A stretch of DNA of 64,000 bases from Anaerolineales bacterium (GCA_016934715.1 JAFGSI010000011.1:2227-66226), one strand, 5' to 3'; shown: positions 35,312 to 45,833, numbered from the stretch's first letter. A program made the numbers and translations. The notes: generated by a model not told the origin, from the sequence alone.

Positions 35312-37729
35312 ATGGCAAAAAAGACAGCGACCAACCTGCTCCTGCCCCCTGAGGAGATCCTTTTCGACTATCGCCTGGCCTACCGATCACGCCAGGTATC
35401 GGTCATCGGCCGGCGCGAGGTGTTGAGCGGCAAGGCCAAATTCGGCATCTTCGGCGACGGCAAGGAGCTGCCCCAGGTGGTCATCGCCCGGGCCTTCCTG
35501 AAAGGCGACTGGCGCTCGGGCTACTACCGCGACCAGACCTGGGTCCATGCCCTGGGAGTGCTGCAGTTCCAGGACTTCTTCGCCCAGCTCTATGCCCACG
35601 CCGACCAGGAAGCTGACCCCGCAACGGCCGGCCGCTCGATGGTCGGCCATTTCGTTTCGCCCACCATCAATCCCGACGGCAGCTGGAAGGATCAGACCGA
35701 AATGTACAACGTCGCTGCCGACGTCTCGCCGACCGGGGCCCAGATGCCGCGCCTGGTCGGATTGGCCTACGCTTCGGTCCTGTACCGCCAGCTGGCCGAA
35801 CTCAAACCCTTCGTCCAGTTCTCGCGTAACGGCGACGAGGTCGCCTGGGCGACGATCGGCAACGCCTCCACCGCCGAGGGTGTGTTCTGGGAGGCAGTCA
35901 ACGCCATCGGCGTCCTGCAGGCCCCGGCGATCATCACCGTCTTCGACGACGGGTACGGCATCTCGGTCCCCAACCAGTTCCAGATGGTCAAGGAGAACAT
36001 CCACGCCATCCTGAAAGGCTTCGAGCGCATCCCCTGCCCGGCCGAGGAGTGCGACCGCGGCTACGACCTGTACTCCGTCCCGGCCTGGGACTACCCGGCC
36101 CTGCTGGAAACCTACGCCCAGGCGGCCGGGATCACCCGTCGTTACCACGTCCCGGCCCTGGTACACGTCACCGAGGTCACCCAGCCCTTGGGGCACTCGA
36201 CCTCCGGTTCGCATGAGCGCTACAAATCCCCCGAACGCCTGGCCTGGGAGGCCGAGTGGGACTGCCTCAAGAAATTCAGGGAGTGGATCGCCGGGTGCGG
36301 GGTGGCAGATGAGGAGACACTGGTCCGGATGGAAGACGAAGAGCGCCAGGCCGTGGAGGAGTCGCGCAGGCAGGCCTGGGAGGCGTATCAGGCCCCGCTG
36401 CTGCGCGAGCGCTCCGAGACCGCGGCCCTGCTGGCCGAGACAGCCCGGGGATCGCGCCACGCCAATGGGCTGGAGCAGATCCGGGTGGGGCTCGAGGCGC
36501 TCCCGGCTCCCGTCCGCAAGGACATGGTCACCGCCGTCCACGCGGCCCTGGTCCTGACCCGTGACGAATCCCCCGCACGGCGGGAGAAGCTGCTCGCATG
36601 GCAGGGCGCCCTTTCGCCGCTGCAGGCCGACCGCTACGCCAGCTTCCTGACCTCCCCGCGCAGCGACTCGGTCCTGCGGGTCGAGGCGGTCGAACCGGCC
36701 TACACCCCCGATGCCCCGCTGGTAATGGGCTTCGAGGTGGTCAACGCCGCCTTCGATGCGGCGCTGGAACGCGAGCCGCGCCTGGTGGCCTTCGGTGAGG
36801 ACCTCGGCCAGTTGGGGGATGTCAACCAGGGCTTCCGCGGCCTGCAGGAGAAGTACGGCGCCCTGCGGGTGACCGACACCGGCATCCGCGAGGCGACCAT
36901 CCTGGGGCAGGCGATCGGCCTGGCGATGCGCGGCCTGCGCCCGGTGGCCGAGATCCAGTACCTCGACTACCTGCTCTACGCCCTGCAGATCATGTCCGAT
37001 GACCTGGCGACCCTGCTCTGGCGCACCAAGGGCGTGCAGAAGGCTCCGGTCATCGTGCGGACGCGCGGCCACCGCCTGGAGGGCATCTGGCATTCAGGCT
37101 CACCGATGGCCGGGATCATCCACCTGGTGCGCGGGATGCATGTCCTGGTGCCGCGCGACATGACCCGGGCCGCCGGGTTCTACAACGCACTGCTCAAGGC
37201 CGAGGAGCCGGCCATTGTGGTCGAGGTGCTCAACGGCTACCGGGTCAAGGAGCGCATGCCGGCCAACATCGGCGAGCTGACCATCGTGCCGGGCGTGCCG
37301 GAGGTTCTGCGCCCCGGGACGGAAGCCACGATCGTCACCTACGGCGCCTGCGTCCGCATCGCCCTGGAGGCAGCTGAAAAACTGGCCGCGGTCGGGATCC
37401 AGGCCGAGGTGATCGACGTCCAGTCGCTGCTCCCGTTCGATATCCATGGCCGGATCGTCGAATCGGTGAAGCAGACCGCCCGGATCCTGTTCGTCGACGA
37501 AGATGTCCCCGGCGGGACGACGGCCACCATGCTCCGGGAAGTGCTCGAGGTGCAGGGCGGCTACCAGTGGCTCGACTCGGCCCCCCGCACCCTGCCCGGC
37601 TCGGCCCACCGCCCGGCCTACGGCAGCGACGGCGATTACTGGTCGAAGCCAAATGCCGAGGCGATCTTCGATGCAGTTTATGAAATGATGCACGAAGCGA
37701 AACCCGCCTCGTATCCGGCGATCCGCTAG
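35312..37729 (+). CDS. 2-oxoacid (branched-chain type) dehydrogenase E1 component, fused alpha/beta subunits
   Basis: 805 aa. The N-terminal half is a TPP-binding E1 alpha. The C-terminal half is E1 beta / transketolase-like (DTGIREATILGQAIGLAMRGLRPVAEIQYLDY). E2 and E3 follow. Confidence 0.85.
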   Translation: MAKKTATNLLLPPEEILFDYRLAYRSRQVSVIGRREVLSGKAKFGIFGDGKELPQVVIARAFLKGDWRSGYYRDQTWVHALGVLQFQDFFAQLYAHADQEADPATAGRSMVGHFVSPTINPDGSWKDQTEMYNVAADVSPTGAQMPRLVGLAYASVLYRQLAELKPFVQFSRNGDEVAWATIGNASTAEGVFWEAVNAIGVLQAPAIITVFDDGYGISVPNQFQMVKENIHAILKGFERIPCPAEECDRGYDLYSVPAWDYPALLETYAQAAGITRRYHVPALVHVTEVTQPLGHSTSGSHERYKSPERLAWEAEWDCLKKFREWIAGCGVADEETLVRMEDEERQAVEESRRQAWEAYQAPLLRERSETAALLAETARGSRHANGLEQIRVGLEALPAPVRKDMVTAVHAALVLTRDESPARREKLLAWQGALSPLQADRYASFLTSPRSDSVLRVEAVEPAYTPDAPLVMGFEVVNAAFDAALEREPRLVAFGEDLGQLGDVNQGFRGLQEKYGALRVTDTGIREATILGQAIGLAMRGLRPVAEIQYLDYLLYALQIMSDDLATLLWRTKGVQKAPVIVRTRGHRLEGIWHSGSPMAGIIHLVRGMHVLVPRDMTRAAGFYNALLKAEEPAIVVEVLNGYRVKERMPANIGELTIVPGVPEVLRPGTEATIVTYGACVRIALEAAEKLAAVGIQAEVIDVQSLLPFDIHGRIVESVKQTARILFVDEDVPGGTTATMLREVLEVQGGYQWLDSAPRTLPGSAHRPAYGSDGDYWSKPNAEAIFDAVYEMMHEAKPASYPAIR

Positions 37730-37828
37730 CCGTGGAGAACCTGCACCGGGAGCGTGCGTTTCCGGAAAAGGGTCCTGCGCGCTTTTTCTGCGCGCAGCGC
37801 GTGGCTCTGTGGCTGATCAGGAGGAAGA

Positions 37829-39040
37829 ATGACAACCAAGCTGCTTGTTCCCCGCCTGGGCGAAGGCGTCGACGAACTGACCGTCGTCAAATGGCTGAAG
37901 GCCGAGGGCGACTCGGTCCACGAACTCGAACCACTGCTGGAGGTCGAGACCGACAAGGTCGTGACCGAGATCCCCAGTCCGGCCAGCGGCATCCTGCTCC
38001 GAATCGAGGTGGGCGAGAACACCGCCGTCGAGGTGGGAAGGGTCCTGGCCTGGATCGGGCAGCCTGGCGAGCTCCTCGCCGAAGCGGGGCCCGCCCGCCC
38101 TGAGGCAGCCGCAAAAGTGGATCCGCTCCCAGAAAGAACGAAAAGCGTGGCGCAGCGCGAGCCCGTCGATCGCCAACCGGGATTCCTGTCGCCGGTGGTG
38201 CGCAAGATCGCCGCCGAACACAACCTGGACCTGAGGCAGGTGCGCGGCAGCGGCCTGAACGGGCGCATCACCAAGCAGGACGTGCTCGCGCACCTCGCCG
38301 GCCGCCCGGCGGCTCCCGTCGCCAGCGGATCGGATACCGAAGCCCGCGGCACGCTCCTACCGATCACCACCGTGCGCAGCCAGATCGCCGAACGGATGCT
38401 GGCCTCCAAGCAGACCTCCCCGCACGTGATGACCGTCATGGAAGCCGACCTGCACCGGATCGCCGCCCACCGCGCGGCCAACAAGGCCGCTTACGAGGCC
38501 GACGGGGTCAACCTGACCTACACGGTCTATTTCATGGCCGCCATCGCCGCTGCCCTCAAGGTCCATCCGCTGGCCAACGCCTCCTGGACGGACGAAGGCC
38601 TCCTCCTGCACGCCGAGATCAACATCGGCATGGCGACCTCGCTTGGCGAGCAGGGATTGATCGTCCCGGTCCTGCAGCGGGTTGACGAACTGTCGCTGCT
38701 GGGCATCGCCCGCGGGGTCAACGACCTGGCCCACCGCGCCCGGACCAAGCGCCTGCGCCCATTTGAGGTCCGCGGCGGAACCTTCACCCTGACCAACCAC
38801 GGCATCGGCGGGTCGCTGTTCGCCATGCCGATCATCAACCAGCCGCAGTGTGGCATCCTGGGCACCGGAGCGATCCAGAAGCGCCCGGTGGTGGTCAGCG
38901 ACGGGGCCGGGAATGACGCCCTCGCCATCCGCCCGATGGTCTATCTCTCCTTCGTCTTCGACCACCGCATCCTGGACGGTGCCTCCGCCGATGCCTTCCT
39001 GAGCCAGGTCCAGGAACGGCTTGAAAACTGGAGCGCGTAG
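37829..39040 (+). CDS. Dihydrolipoamide acyltransferase (E2)
   Basis: Lipoyl domain LLEVETDKVVTEIPSPASG, a peripheral subunit-binding domain (SPVVRKIAAEHNLDL), and a catalytic FDHRILDGA. AGGAGG RBS. Confidence 0.9.
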   Translation: MTTKLLVPRLGEGVDELTVVKWLKAEGDSVHELEPLLEVETDKVVTEIPSPASGILLRIEVGENTAVEVGRVLAWIGQPGELLAEAGPARPEAAAKVDPLPERTKSVAQREPVDRQPGFLSPVVRKIAAEHNLDLRQVRGSGLNGRITKQDVLAHLAGRPAAPVASGSDTEARGTLLPITTVRSQIAERMLASKQTSPHVMTVMEADLHRIAAHRAANKAAYEADGVNLTYTVYFMAAIAAALKVHPLANASWTDEGLLLHAEINIGMATSLGEQGLIVPVLQRVDELSLLGIARGVNDLAHRARTKRLRPFEVRGGTFTLTNHGIGGSLFAMPIINQPQCGILGTGAIQKRPVVVSDGAGNDALAIRPMVYLSFVFDHRILDGASADAFLSQVQERLENWSA

Positions 39041-39135
39041 GCGCCCGCTGCCCGGAGCATAGTACAATTACCGGGTAAGGGCGAAATCCTGCCCGTATGC
39101 ATCCAATCAACACGATCTCTTTTTTTGGGAGTCCA

Positions 39136-40542
39136 ATGATCATGTCTGAAATGTATGATGTCGTTGTCATCGGCGCCGGACCCGGCGGGTACGTGGCCGC
39201 CATCCGGGCTGCACAACTGGGGCTGAAGACCGCCATCGTCGACAAGCAGTGGATGGGCGGCGTATGCCTGAACATCGGCTGCATCCCCTCCAAGGCCCTG
39301 CTCAAGAACGCCGAAGTGGCCCACACGCTGCGCGAGCGCGGCAAGGAGTTCGGCTTCGCGTTCGAGAACCTGCGCCTCGACTACCCGGCGGCGGTCAAAC
39401 GCTCACGGCAGGTTTCCAACCGGCTGGTCAAAGGCGTCGAGTTCCTGATGAAGAAGAACAAGATCGACGTCCAGATGGGCACGGCCCGACTGACCGCCAA
39501 GGATACGGTCGTTGTCACAGACAAAGATGGCAAAGAGGCCATTCTCAAGGCCAGGAACATCATCCTCGCCACCGGTGCCAGCCCGGCCATCCCGGGGGCC
39601 TGGAAGGTCGACGGCCAAAAGGTCGTCACCTACCACGAAGCCATCCTGCAGGAGAGACTGCCCAAGCGCGTGGTCATCATCGGTGCGGGTGCGATCGGGA
39701 TGGAGTTCGCCACCGTCTGGAACGCGTACGGCGTGGAGGTGACCGTGGTCGAGATGCTGCCCCATGTCCTGCCGCTGGAGGACGAGGAGGCCGCCGGCGA
39801 GGTGGCCAAGGCCTATGCCAAGCGCGGCATCAAGGTCCTGGCCGGGCACAAGGTCGAGGCGGTCACGGCGACCAAGAACGGGGTCACGGTGACGGTGTCC
39901 GCCGAAGGGACCGAAAAGATCCTCGAGGCCGAGCAGGCCCTGGTGGCGATCGGCTTCAAGCCCAACTCGTCCGGCCTGGGGCTGGAGGAGGTCGGCGTCA
40001 AGCTCTCGGAGCGCGGGGCGGTCGAGATCGACGAACGCATGGCGACCAACGTACCGGGAATCTGGGCCATCGGCGACGTGACCGCCAAGCTGATGCTGGC
40101 CCATGTCGGCTCGGCGATGGGCATGGTCTGCGCCGAGCACATCGCTGGCCACGAGACGGTCAGGCTGGATTACGAATCCATGCCGCGGGCGACCTACTGC
40201 TCGCCGCAGGTGGCCTCCTTCGGGATCACCGAGGCCCAGGCCCAGGAGCGCGGCCTGAAGACCAAGGTCGGGCGCTTTCCCTTCCAGGCCAACGGCAAGG
40301 CCCTCGGCATGGGTGATTACGCCGGTTGGGTCAAGCTGGTGGTCGACGAACAATACGGCGAGATCCTGGGCGCGACGATGGTCGGCCCGGAGGTCACCGA
40401 ACTGCTGCCCGAACTGACCCTGGCCCGGATGATGGAGCTGACTCCCCTTGAGATCGCCCGCAACGTCCACGCCCACCCGACGCTCTCGGAGGTGCTGATG
40501 GAAGCCGCCCACGCCGCCGAGGGCAGCCCGATCCACCTTTAA
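39136..40542 (+). CDS. lpdA: Dihydrolipoyl dehydrogenase (E3)
   Basis: YDVVVIGAGPGGYVAAIRAAQLG, the redox disulfide GGVCLNIGCIPSK, and a C-terminal HAHPTLSE. The start could be 39136 or 39142. Confidence 0.9.
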   Translation: MIMSEMYDVVVIGAGPGGYVAAIRAAQLGLKTAIVDKQWMGGVCLNIGCIPSKALLKNAEVAHTLRERGKEFGFAFENLRLDYPAAVKRSRQVSNRLVKGVEFLMKKNKIDVQMGTARLTAKDTVVVTDKDGKEAILKARNIILATGASPAIPGAWKVDGQKVVTYHEAILQERLPKRVVIIGAGAIGMEFATVWNAYGVEVTVVEMLPHVLPLEDEEAAGEVAKAYAKRGIKVLAGHKVEAVTATKNGVTVTVSAEGTEKILEAEQALVAIGFKPNSSGLGLEEVGVKLSERGAVEIDERMATNVPGIWAIGDVTAKLMLAHVGSAMGMVCAEHIAGHETVRLDYESMPRATYCSPQVASFGITEAQAQERGLKTKVGRFPFQANGKALGMGDYAGWVKLVVDEQYGEILGATMVGPEVTELLPELTLARMMELTPLEIARNVHAHPTLSEVLMEAAHAAEGSPIHL

Positions 40543-40572
40543 ATTCCATAAGATGTAGGCGATGACGAAACC

Positions 40573-40605
40573 GGCCCCGCATGCGCATGCGGGGCCTTCT
40601 TATTT
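40573..40605 (+). terminator. Rho-independent terminator after lpdA
   Basis: Perfect palindrome ggccccgcatgc/gcatgcggggcc followed by ttcttattt. Confidence 0.75.
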
Positions 40606-40676
40606 GGGATGGCTATCACCTGCTACTTGCAGAAAGAGCTGAACTGAATTGGCACGAAGCAGGTGGTAGTAAGAAA

Positions 40677-40742
40677 CTACAGAGTGCTGCGTAAATATCT
40701 AAACCAACCCCTTTCGTTTCATGGGGAAATTGGGTTTCATCT
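40677..40742 (+). repeat. 66-bp repeat, copy A (exact inverted copy at 51371..51436)
   Basis: CTACAGAGTGCTGCGTAAATATCTAAACCAACCCCTTTCGTTTCATGGGGAAATTGGGTTTCATCT. I compared it by eye with the reverse complement of 51371-51436 and found 66/66 identity. It is about 42% G+C by my count, in a GC-rich background. Confidence 0.9.
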
Positions 40743-40936
40743 AGGCGGTTTATGCAAGAAGCAGTAAATTCCACTCATCTTTTCCTCTTCCCACTGATCT
40801 CACCGCCCAAAGCGGGCAAGAAGAACCCGCATGCCGACCGCGAGCAGTTGGTGTGCTGTGGGATTGGGCTGGAGTTTCTGGTGCCCTGCGCTGGACGGAT
40901 TGGCACCATGCGGGTCCATCCAGCGCCGGACGAATG

Positions 40937-41503
40937 TCATTCGCGAGCGAATTCCACCGTGGCCAGGATGTCCAATACGTAGTCCCGTCCAAAACCGGAC
41001 CAGAGATTCGGGTCTGACGAGATATCCGCCACGCCATAGCCAAGGAAGAAGTGTTCGTCGTCGAGCGTAACCCCGACCAGGATCCCCTCCACAGGCGTGC
41101 CGCTCAGGAAGCCGGTCAACTCGATCGCCAGACCATCCAGCCCGCCCACCACGATCGCCGCGGAATCCCCGAGGTACACCTCATCCCCCTCTCCTGCAGA
41201 CAACTGCAACGCATCACGGATCAAGGACACCTGATCCCGGCCCCGGGTGTCTACCAACCAGATGTTGGTCACCAGGCCGACCCCTCCGGAGGGATAGGTG
41301 ATCTGAACAGTCCGATCACTCACAGCATAGACCGCCTCGAGGGGAATGATCAGGCTGTAACCGCCGCCCGGAACGGAGATCCGCTGGCCTTCCGGCGTGG
41401 GTGTCGGGATGGGCGTCGGCGTCGCAAACAGGTTCGCTCCGCTGCAAGACATGCTGAAGCAGACCAGCACGAGCCAAACAAGGATCATCTTTTTCCTGTT
41501 CAT
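40937..41503 (-). CDS. Hypothetical lipoprotein
   Basis: Starts at the ATG at 41503, 7 nt after AAAGGAG. The product begins MNRKKMILVWLVLVCFSMSCSG (lipobox). I recognise no domain. Confidence 0.6.
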   Translation of the reverse strand: MNRKKMILVWLVLVCFSMSCSGANLFATPTPIPTPTPEGQRISVPGGGYSLIIPLEAVYAVSDRTVQITYPSGGVGLVTNIWLVDTRGRDQVSLIRDALQLSAGEGDEVYLGDSAAIVVGGLDGLAIELTGFLSGTPVEGILVGVTLDDEHFFLGYGVADISSDPNLWSGFGRDYVLDILATVEFARE

Positions 41504-41730
41504 GAGCATTCTCCTTTGCCTTGATGGAAGAAACGAAGGTCCCTGTACCATTCTGCTCTCATTATAGAAGGGAAAATAAAAATCGAAGCAGCAATCGGCC
41601 TGCGAGTTATCCGAACTCACCGTGATGTCCGTCAGGCCGCAATTGAACCAGCAGGCCAGGAAGAGCTGGAGTACAATCCTGGGCAGGGCCTTGCAGCGAT
41701 GGAACCGGTTGCCGGCCCAAAGGAGCGCCC

Positions 41731-42618
41731 ATGCCCACCTATCCCTTCCTGCAGGCCGATGCCTTCACCGACCGCCCGCTGGGCGGCAATCCGTGTGCCA
41801 TCGTCTTCGACTGCCCGGACCTGGCACCCGAGACCATGCTGGCGGTCGCCAGAGAAATGAACCTCTCCGAGACCGCTTTCGTCTGGCGCAAGCCCGGCGG
41901 GACCTTCCGGGCCCGCTACTTCACGCCGGCCGAGGAAATCCCCCTGGCGGGACACCCGACCATCGCCACTGTCTTCGCCCTGGTTGAGACCGGGCGCCTG
42001 TCCCTGCCCGGCGATTATCTCAAGATGCCTCTCGAGCTGCGCGACGGGCCGATCGAGGTGGAGATCTTCGCCCGCCACGGCCGGGTGGACCGGGTCGTCA
42101 TGGCCCAGCGCAAGCCACAGTTCCTGCGGACCTACTCCCCCACCCAGGTCCTGCCCGTTTTCGGCCTGGACCCCGCTGGCCTGCTCCCCGGAACGATCGT
42201 CCAGACGGTCAGCACCGGGACCCCGCAGCTGTTCGCTGCGCTCCGCGATCTGGAGACCCTGCGGCGGGCCGCCGTCGACCAGGCCCGGTACGCCGTCCTG
42301 CGCGGGAAGGGGGATTTTTTCAGCACCCATCTCTTCTGCCTGCAGGGGTTCGAACGCGGCCAGACCTTCGCCCGTCACTTTGCCCTGCTGCCCGACATCA
42401 TCGAAGACCCCTTCACCGGGTCGGCCAGCGGCGGGATGGGCGCCTACCTGTGGCATTACGGCCTGATCGAGCAGCCATCCTTTCTGGCCGAGCAGGGACA
42501 CTGGCTGGGGCGCCCGGGGATCGGCAGCGTTGAAGTCGTCGGCCCGCCGGACGACATCCAGACCGTCAAGGTCGGCGGCGGGGCGGTCACCGTCCTGCGC
42601 GGGGAACTGACCCTCTAG
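41731..42618 (+). CDS. PhzF-family isomerase-like protein
   Basis: 295 aa. FLQADAFTDRPLGGNPCAIV, NLSETAFV and GHPTIAT are typical PhzF motifs. Confidence 0.85.
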   Translation: MPTYPFLQADAFTDRPLGGNPCAIVFDCPDLAPETMLAVAREMNLSETAFVWRKPGGTFRARYFTPAEEIPLAGHPTIATVFALVETGRLSLPGDYLKMPLELRDGPIEVEIFARHGRVDRVVMAQRKPQFLRTYSPTQVLPVFGLDPAGLLPGTIVQTVSTGTPQLFAALRDLETLRRAAVDQARYAVLRGKGDFFSTHLFCLQGFERGQTFARHFALLPDIIEDPFTGSASGGMGAYLWHYGLIEQPSFLAEQGHWLGRPGIGSVEVVGPPDDIQTVKVGGGAVTVLRGELTL

Positions 42619-42676
42619 GCGAAAAACGTCCCGCAAGTCAGCGGGAGGTTCAGGTTCCGGGAGCAGGCCGGCAGGA

Positions 42677-43411
42677 TCAGGTCTTTTCGATCACCCAGAA
42701 ATGCGACAGGCCGAGCCCTCTCAGGGGAGTCCGCTCCAGGAACTGCAGGAAGCCGCGCAGGGCCTTCCCCAGCGGGCCGAAACGGGCGATGAGGTTGTCG
42801 TAGGCGCCGAAGATGATGGTGCGTTCGACCAGGGAAATCGGGAAATTGGCCAGAAGGGCTTCGAGGTCACGCCGCGAATAGACCCGCACATGCGGGGCAA
42901 GTTTATCCCGCCAGGCGCGCGGCAGCCAGTTGACCAGCGGGATATTGCCGAACCTGTAATTTCCTTTCCAATAAATTCCGTGCGTCTCGAACGGGTAACC
43001 CCGGTTGGGAACGAACAGGACCAGCCGTCCGCCCGGCCTGAGGACCCGGACCATCTCGGCAACGGCGCGGTGGTCGTCCTGGACATGCTCGAGGACCTCG
43101 TGGCTGAGGATCAGGTCGAAGATCCCGGGTGGGCAGGGCAGGGCCTCCCCGGCGGCGTTGACCACCAGGGGGGCGTGGACATGGGCCTCCCGGACACGCT
43201 CGAAGTCGAACTCCAGTCCGAAGACCTGCCCGCCGAAGGGCTGCAGATGCCGGACGTACATCCCCACCCCACAACCGTTCTCGAGGATCCGGCCCGCGAT
43301 CCGCTCGCCGGCAGCCCGGGCGATCATCTGCAGACGCCGTTCCTGGCCCGCCCGCCAGACGTAAGAGGGTTCGCCACACTGGGCGGCTTTGTTGAGATCG
43401 CGGTGTTCCAT
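42677..43411 (-). CDS. Class I SAM-dependent methyltransferase
   Basis: Motif I is RILENGCGVGMY, and FDLILSHEVLEHV is Methyltransf_11-like. I chose the ATG at 43411 because TATAAT lies 7 nt upstream, which suggests a leaderless transcript. The ORF opens at 43435. Confidence 0.75.
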   Translation of the reverse strand: MEHRDLNKAAQCGEPSYVWRAGQERRLQMIARAAGERIAGRILENGCGVGMYVRHLQPFGGQVFGLEFDFERVREAHVHAPLVVNAAGEALPCPPGIFDLILSHEVLEHVQDDHRAVAEMVRVLRPGGRLVLFVPNRGYPFETHGIYWKGNYRFGNIPLVNWLPRAWRDKLAPHVRVYSRRDLEALLANFPISLVERTIIFGAYDNLIARFGPLGKALRGFLQFLERTPLRGLGLSHFWVIEKT

Positions 43412-43427
43412 GATCGTAATTATAACC

Positions 43428-43456
43428 TTGCACATCTGCCGCTTGTATGCTAGAAT
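43428..43456 (+). promoter_or_regulatory. Promoter of the nusA-infB operon (TTGCAC-17 nt-TAGAAT)
   Basis: -35 at 43428-43433, -10 at 43451-43456, with a 17-nt spacer. This leaves a ~95-nt leader before the nusA ATG at 43557. Confidence 0.5.
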
Positions 43457-43556
43457 CCCGTCCGTACGAAACCCAATACTGCACGCACCGAAAAGTGGGC
43501 AACCCCCACTTTTCTGCTTCTACCCAATATCAGTCACACACGGAGCAAGGAAAGCG

Positions 43557-45473
43557 ATGAAGAACGAGTTTGCCCTGGCCTTCAACGAGGTGCTGGAAGA
43601 GAAACAACTGCCCAAGGAGATCATCCTGTCGGCGATCGAGTCGGCGATGGTTTCGGCCTACCGGCGGGCGGTCAATGCCTCCAATGCCCAGCACGTCGAA
43701 GCCAAAGTTGACCCGGAAACGGGTCAGGTGCTGGTCTACGCCGAAAAGGAAGTCGTCGAAGACATCCAGGACGAGCGCACCGAAGTGCTGCTCGAGGTGG
43801 CCCGCGCGATCTACCCGGAGGTCAACCTGGGTGACATGGCGATCGTTGAGACGACGCCCAAGGACTTCGGACGCGTCGCCGCCCAGACCGCCCGGCAGGT
43901 CATCCAGCAGCGCATCCGCGAGGCCGAGCGCCAGGTCCAGACCGATTACTACGCCAAGCAGGTCGGCGAGATCATCAGCGGTGTGGTCCAGGCGGTCAGC
44001 ATGACCCAGGGCGTCACTGTCGGCCTGGACATGAAGGCCGAAGGCATCATGCCACCCAACCAGAAGATCCCCGGCGAGCGGTTCCGGGTCCATGACCGCG
44101 TGCGGGCCATCGTCCTGGAGGTCAAGGACAGCCCGCGTGGCCCGCAGATCATCCTGTCGCGCTCGCACCGCAATTTCCTGCGCCGCCTGCTCGAGAACGA
44201 GGTCCCCGAAATCTACCACGGAGTGGTCGAGATCCGGGCCATCTCGCGCGAGCCCGGCCAGCGTGCCAAGGTGGCCGTCTCGGCCGCCCAGCCCAACGTC
44301 GACCCGGTGGGGGCCTGCGTGGGCATCCGCGGCGTGCGCATCCAGGCGATCGTCAAGGAGCTGCACGACGAGAAGATCGACATCATCGAGTGGAACCCCG
44401 ACACGGTGATGTACATTTCAAAGGCCATCAGCCCGGCCCGCGTCGCCGGCGTCTACCTGAACGAAGCCGACAAGACCGCCACCGTCGTCGTCCAGGAGGA
44501 CCAGTTAAGCCTGGCCATCGGCCGGGACGGGCAGAACGCCCGTCTGGCAGCCAAGTTGACCGGCTGGCGGATCGACATCAAGTCGCTGGTCGAGGCCACC
44601 GCGGACTCGCTGGCCAAACTGCAGAGCGATACGACCCTGGAGGCGGTTGCCGAAAAGGAAAAGGATACTATTCCAGCCATGGAGGCGATCCTGGTCAAGA
44701 AGGACGAAGGCCGCCCACTGACGCCGGAAGAATACACCTCCATGCACCAGTTCGTCGAGCGGGTCGAACGCCGTTCGATGGAAAAGATCGCCGCCGAGGT
44801 CGCCGCGGAGGAAGAGCGCCTCTCCACCGCCCGGGCCGAAATCCCAGCGATCGCTTTCGAAACCGACGGCGAGACGCTCGGCCTGCCCGAACACGTCTAC
44901 AATATCCTGACCGAGGCCGAACTGCGCACCGTCGGTGACCTGATGCTGACGATGAAGCTCGACCCCGACAGCGTCCTGGGCCTGGCCGGTATCGGCCCCA
45001 AGGCGATGCAGGCCATCGCAGCAGCCCTGGCCGCAGTCTCCTTCCCCGAGCCCGAACCCGAGCCTGAACCGGTCGCCGAGGCTGCCGCAGTTGAGACCGC
45101 CGAAGCGCCCGCTGCAGTGACCGCTGAAGCGCCCCCCGAAGCGACCGCCGAAATCACCCCCGAAACCGCCATCGAAGCGCCTGTCGAAGTTCCCGCCGAG
45201 GCCGCGCCAGCCGTCGCGGCCGAAGAGCTCGACGACAAGGCCACCGCCGTGGAACAGCTGGAAGAGAAAGAGGAAGAATTCGAGAAGTTGTTCACGATGG
45301 AGACCGTGACCCAGGTCGCCCCGGCCAGCGAGGAAGAAGAGTCCGACGATAAAAAGAAGGACAAGAAGAAAAAGAAGAAAGACCGCCAGCTCGAATTCGA
45401 CGAAGCTCTCGGCGAAGTCGTCGCCCGCAAGAAGCACAAGCGCGGCGAAGAAGGCTGGGAAGAAGAGTGGTAA
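43557..45473 (+). CDS. nusA: Transcription termination/antitermination factor NusA with a long low-complexity C-terminal extension
   Basis: [27 protein letters not shown] is the NusA N-terminal domain, followed by S1 and KH domains ([24 protein letters not shown]). A helix-hairpin-helix region is followed by PEPEPEP and Ala/Glu repeats and a [11 protein letters not shown] tail. 638 aa in total. Confidence 0.9.
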   Translation: MKNEFALAFNEVLEEKQLPKEIILSAIESAMVSAYRRAVNASNAQHVEAKVDPETGQVLVYAEKEVVEDIQDERTEVLLEVARAIYPEVNLGDMAIVETTPKDFGRVAAQTARQVIQQRIREAERQVQTDYYAKQVGEIISGVVQAVSMTQGVTVGLDMKAEGIMPPNQKIPGERFRVHDRVRAIVLEVKDSPRGPQIILSRSHRNFLRRLLENEVPEIYHGVVEIRAISREPGQRAKVAVSAAQPNVDPVGACVGIRGVRIQAIVKELHDEKIDIIEWNPDTVMYISKAISPARVAGVYLNEADKTATVVVQEDQLSLAIGRDGQNARLAAKLTGWRIDIKSLVEATADSLAKLQSDTTLEAVAEKEKDTIPAMEAILVKKDEGRPLTPEEYTSMHQFVERVERRSMEKIAAEVAAEEERLSTARAEIPAIAFETDGETLGLPEHVYNILTEAELRTVGDLMLTMKLDPDSVLGLAGIGPKAMQAIAAALAAVSFPEPEPEPEPVAEAAAVETAEAPAAVTAEAPPEATAEITPETAIEAPVEVPAEAAPAVAAEELDDKATAVEQLEEKEEEFEKLFTMETVTQVAPASEEEESDDKKKDKKKKKKDRQLEFDEALGEVVARKKHKRGEEGWEEEW

Positions 45474-45521
45474 TCCTACGTTAGGTCGGAGCATTCCTCC
45501 GCCCGGACGGATTGGAAGAAG

Positions 45522-45833
45522 GTGTCTGGCAAACCTGCAAAACGACCCAAGCACGTCCCGCAGCGTACCTGCGTGGGCTGCCGAACTGTGCAGCCCAAAC
45601 GAACCTTGATTCGCTTGGTACGCCGCCCCGAAGGCGTGCAGATCGATCCGACCGGCAAACTGGCCGGACGGGGAGCCTATCTGCACAATCTGCGTCCCTG
45701 CTGGGAGAAAGGCCTGCGCGGGCCTCTCGCCCATGCCCTGAAAGCCACCCTGACGCCCGAAGACCTCGAACGCCTGCAGCAGTTCAGTACCAGCCTGCCG
45801 GAGGCGGAAGATGCCACAGGCCAGGACCGGTAG
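45522..45833 (+). CDS. ylxR: YlxR/DUF448 family RNA-binding protein
   Basis: RTCVGCRTVQPKRTLIRLV...GRGAYLH. It occupies the conserved position between nusA and infB. Confidence 0.85.
   Translation: MSGKPAKRPKHVPQRTCVGCRTVQPKRTLIRLVRRPEGVQIDPTGKLAGRGAYLHNLRPCWEKGLRGPLAHALKATLTPEDLERLQQFSTSLPEAEDATGQDR

Noticed and set aside
40752-40982. Small ORFs starting in or next to the 66-bp repeats (40752..40982 +; 50841..51428 -, beginning MLRKYLNQPLSFHGEIGFH)
   Set aside because: They have no RBS, and the two downstream reading frames diverge completely after the repeat. Their composition is not protein-like. The conservation is more consistent with an RNA or DNA element.
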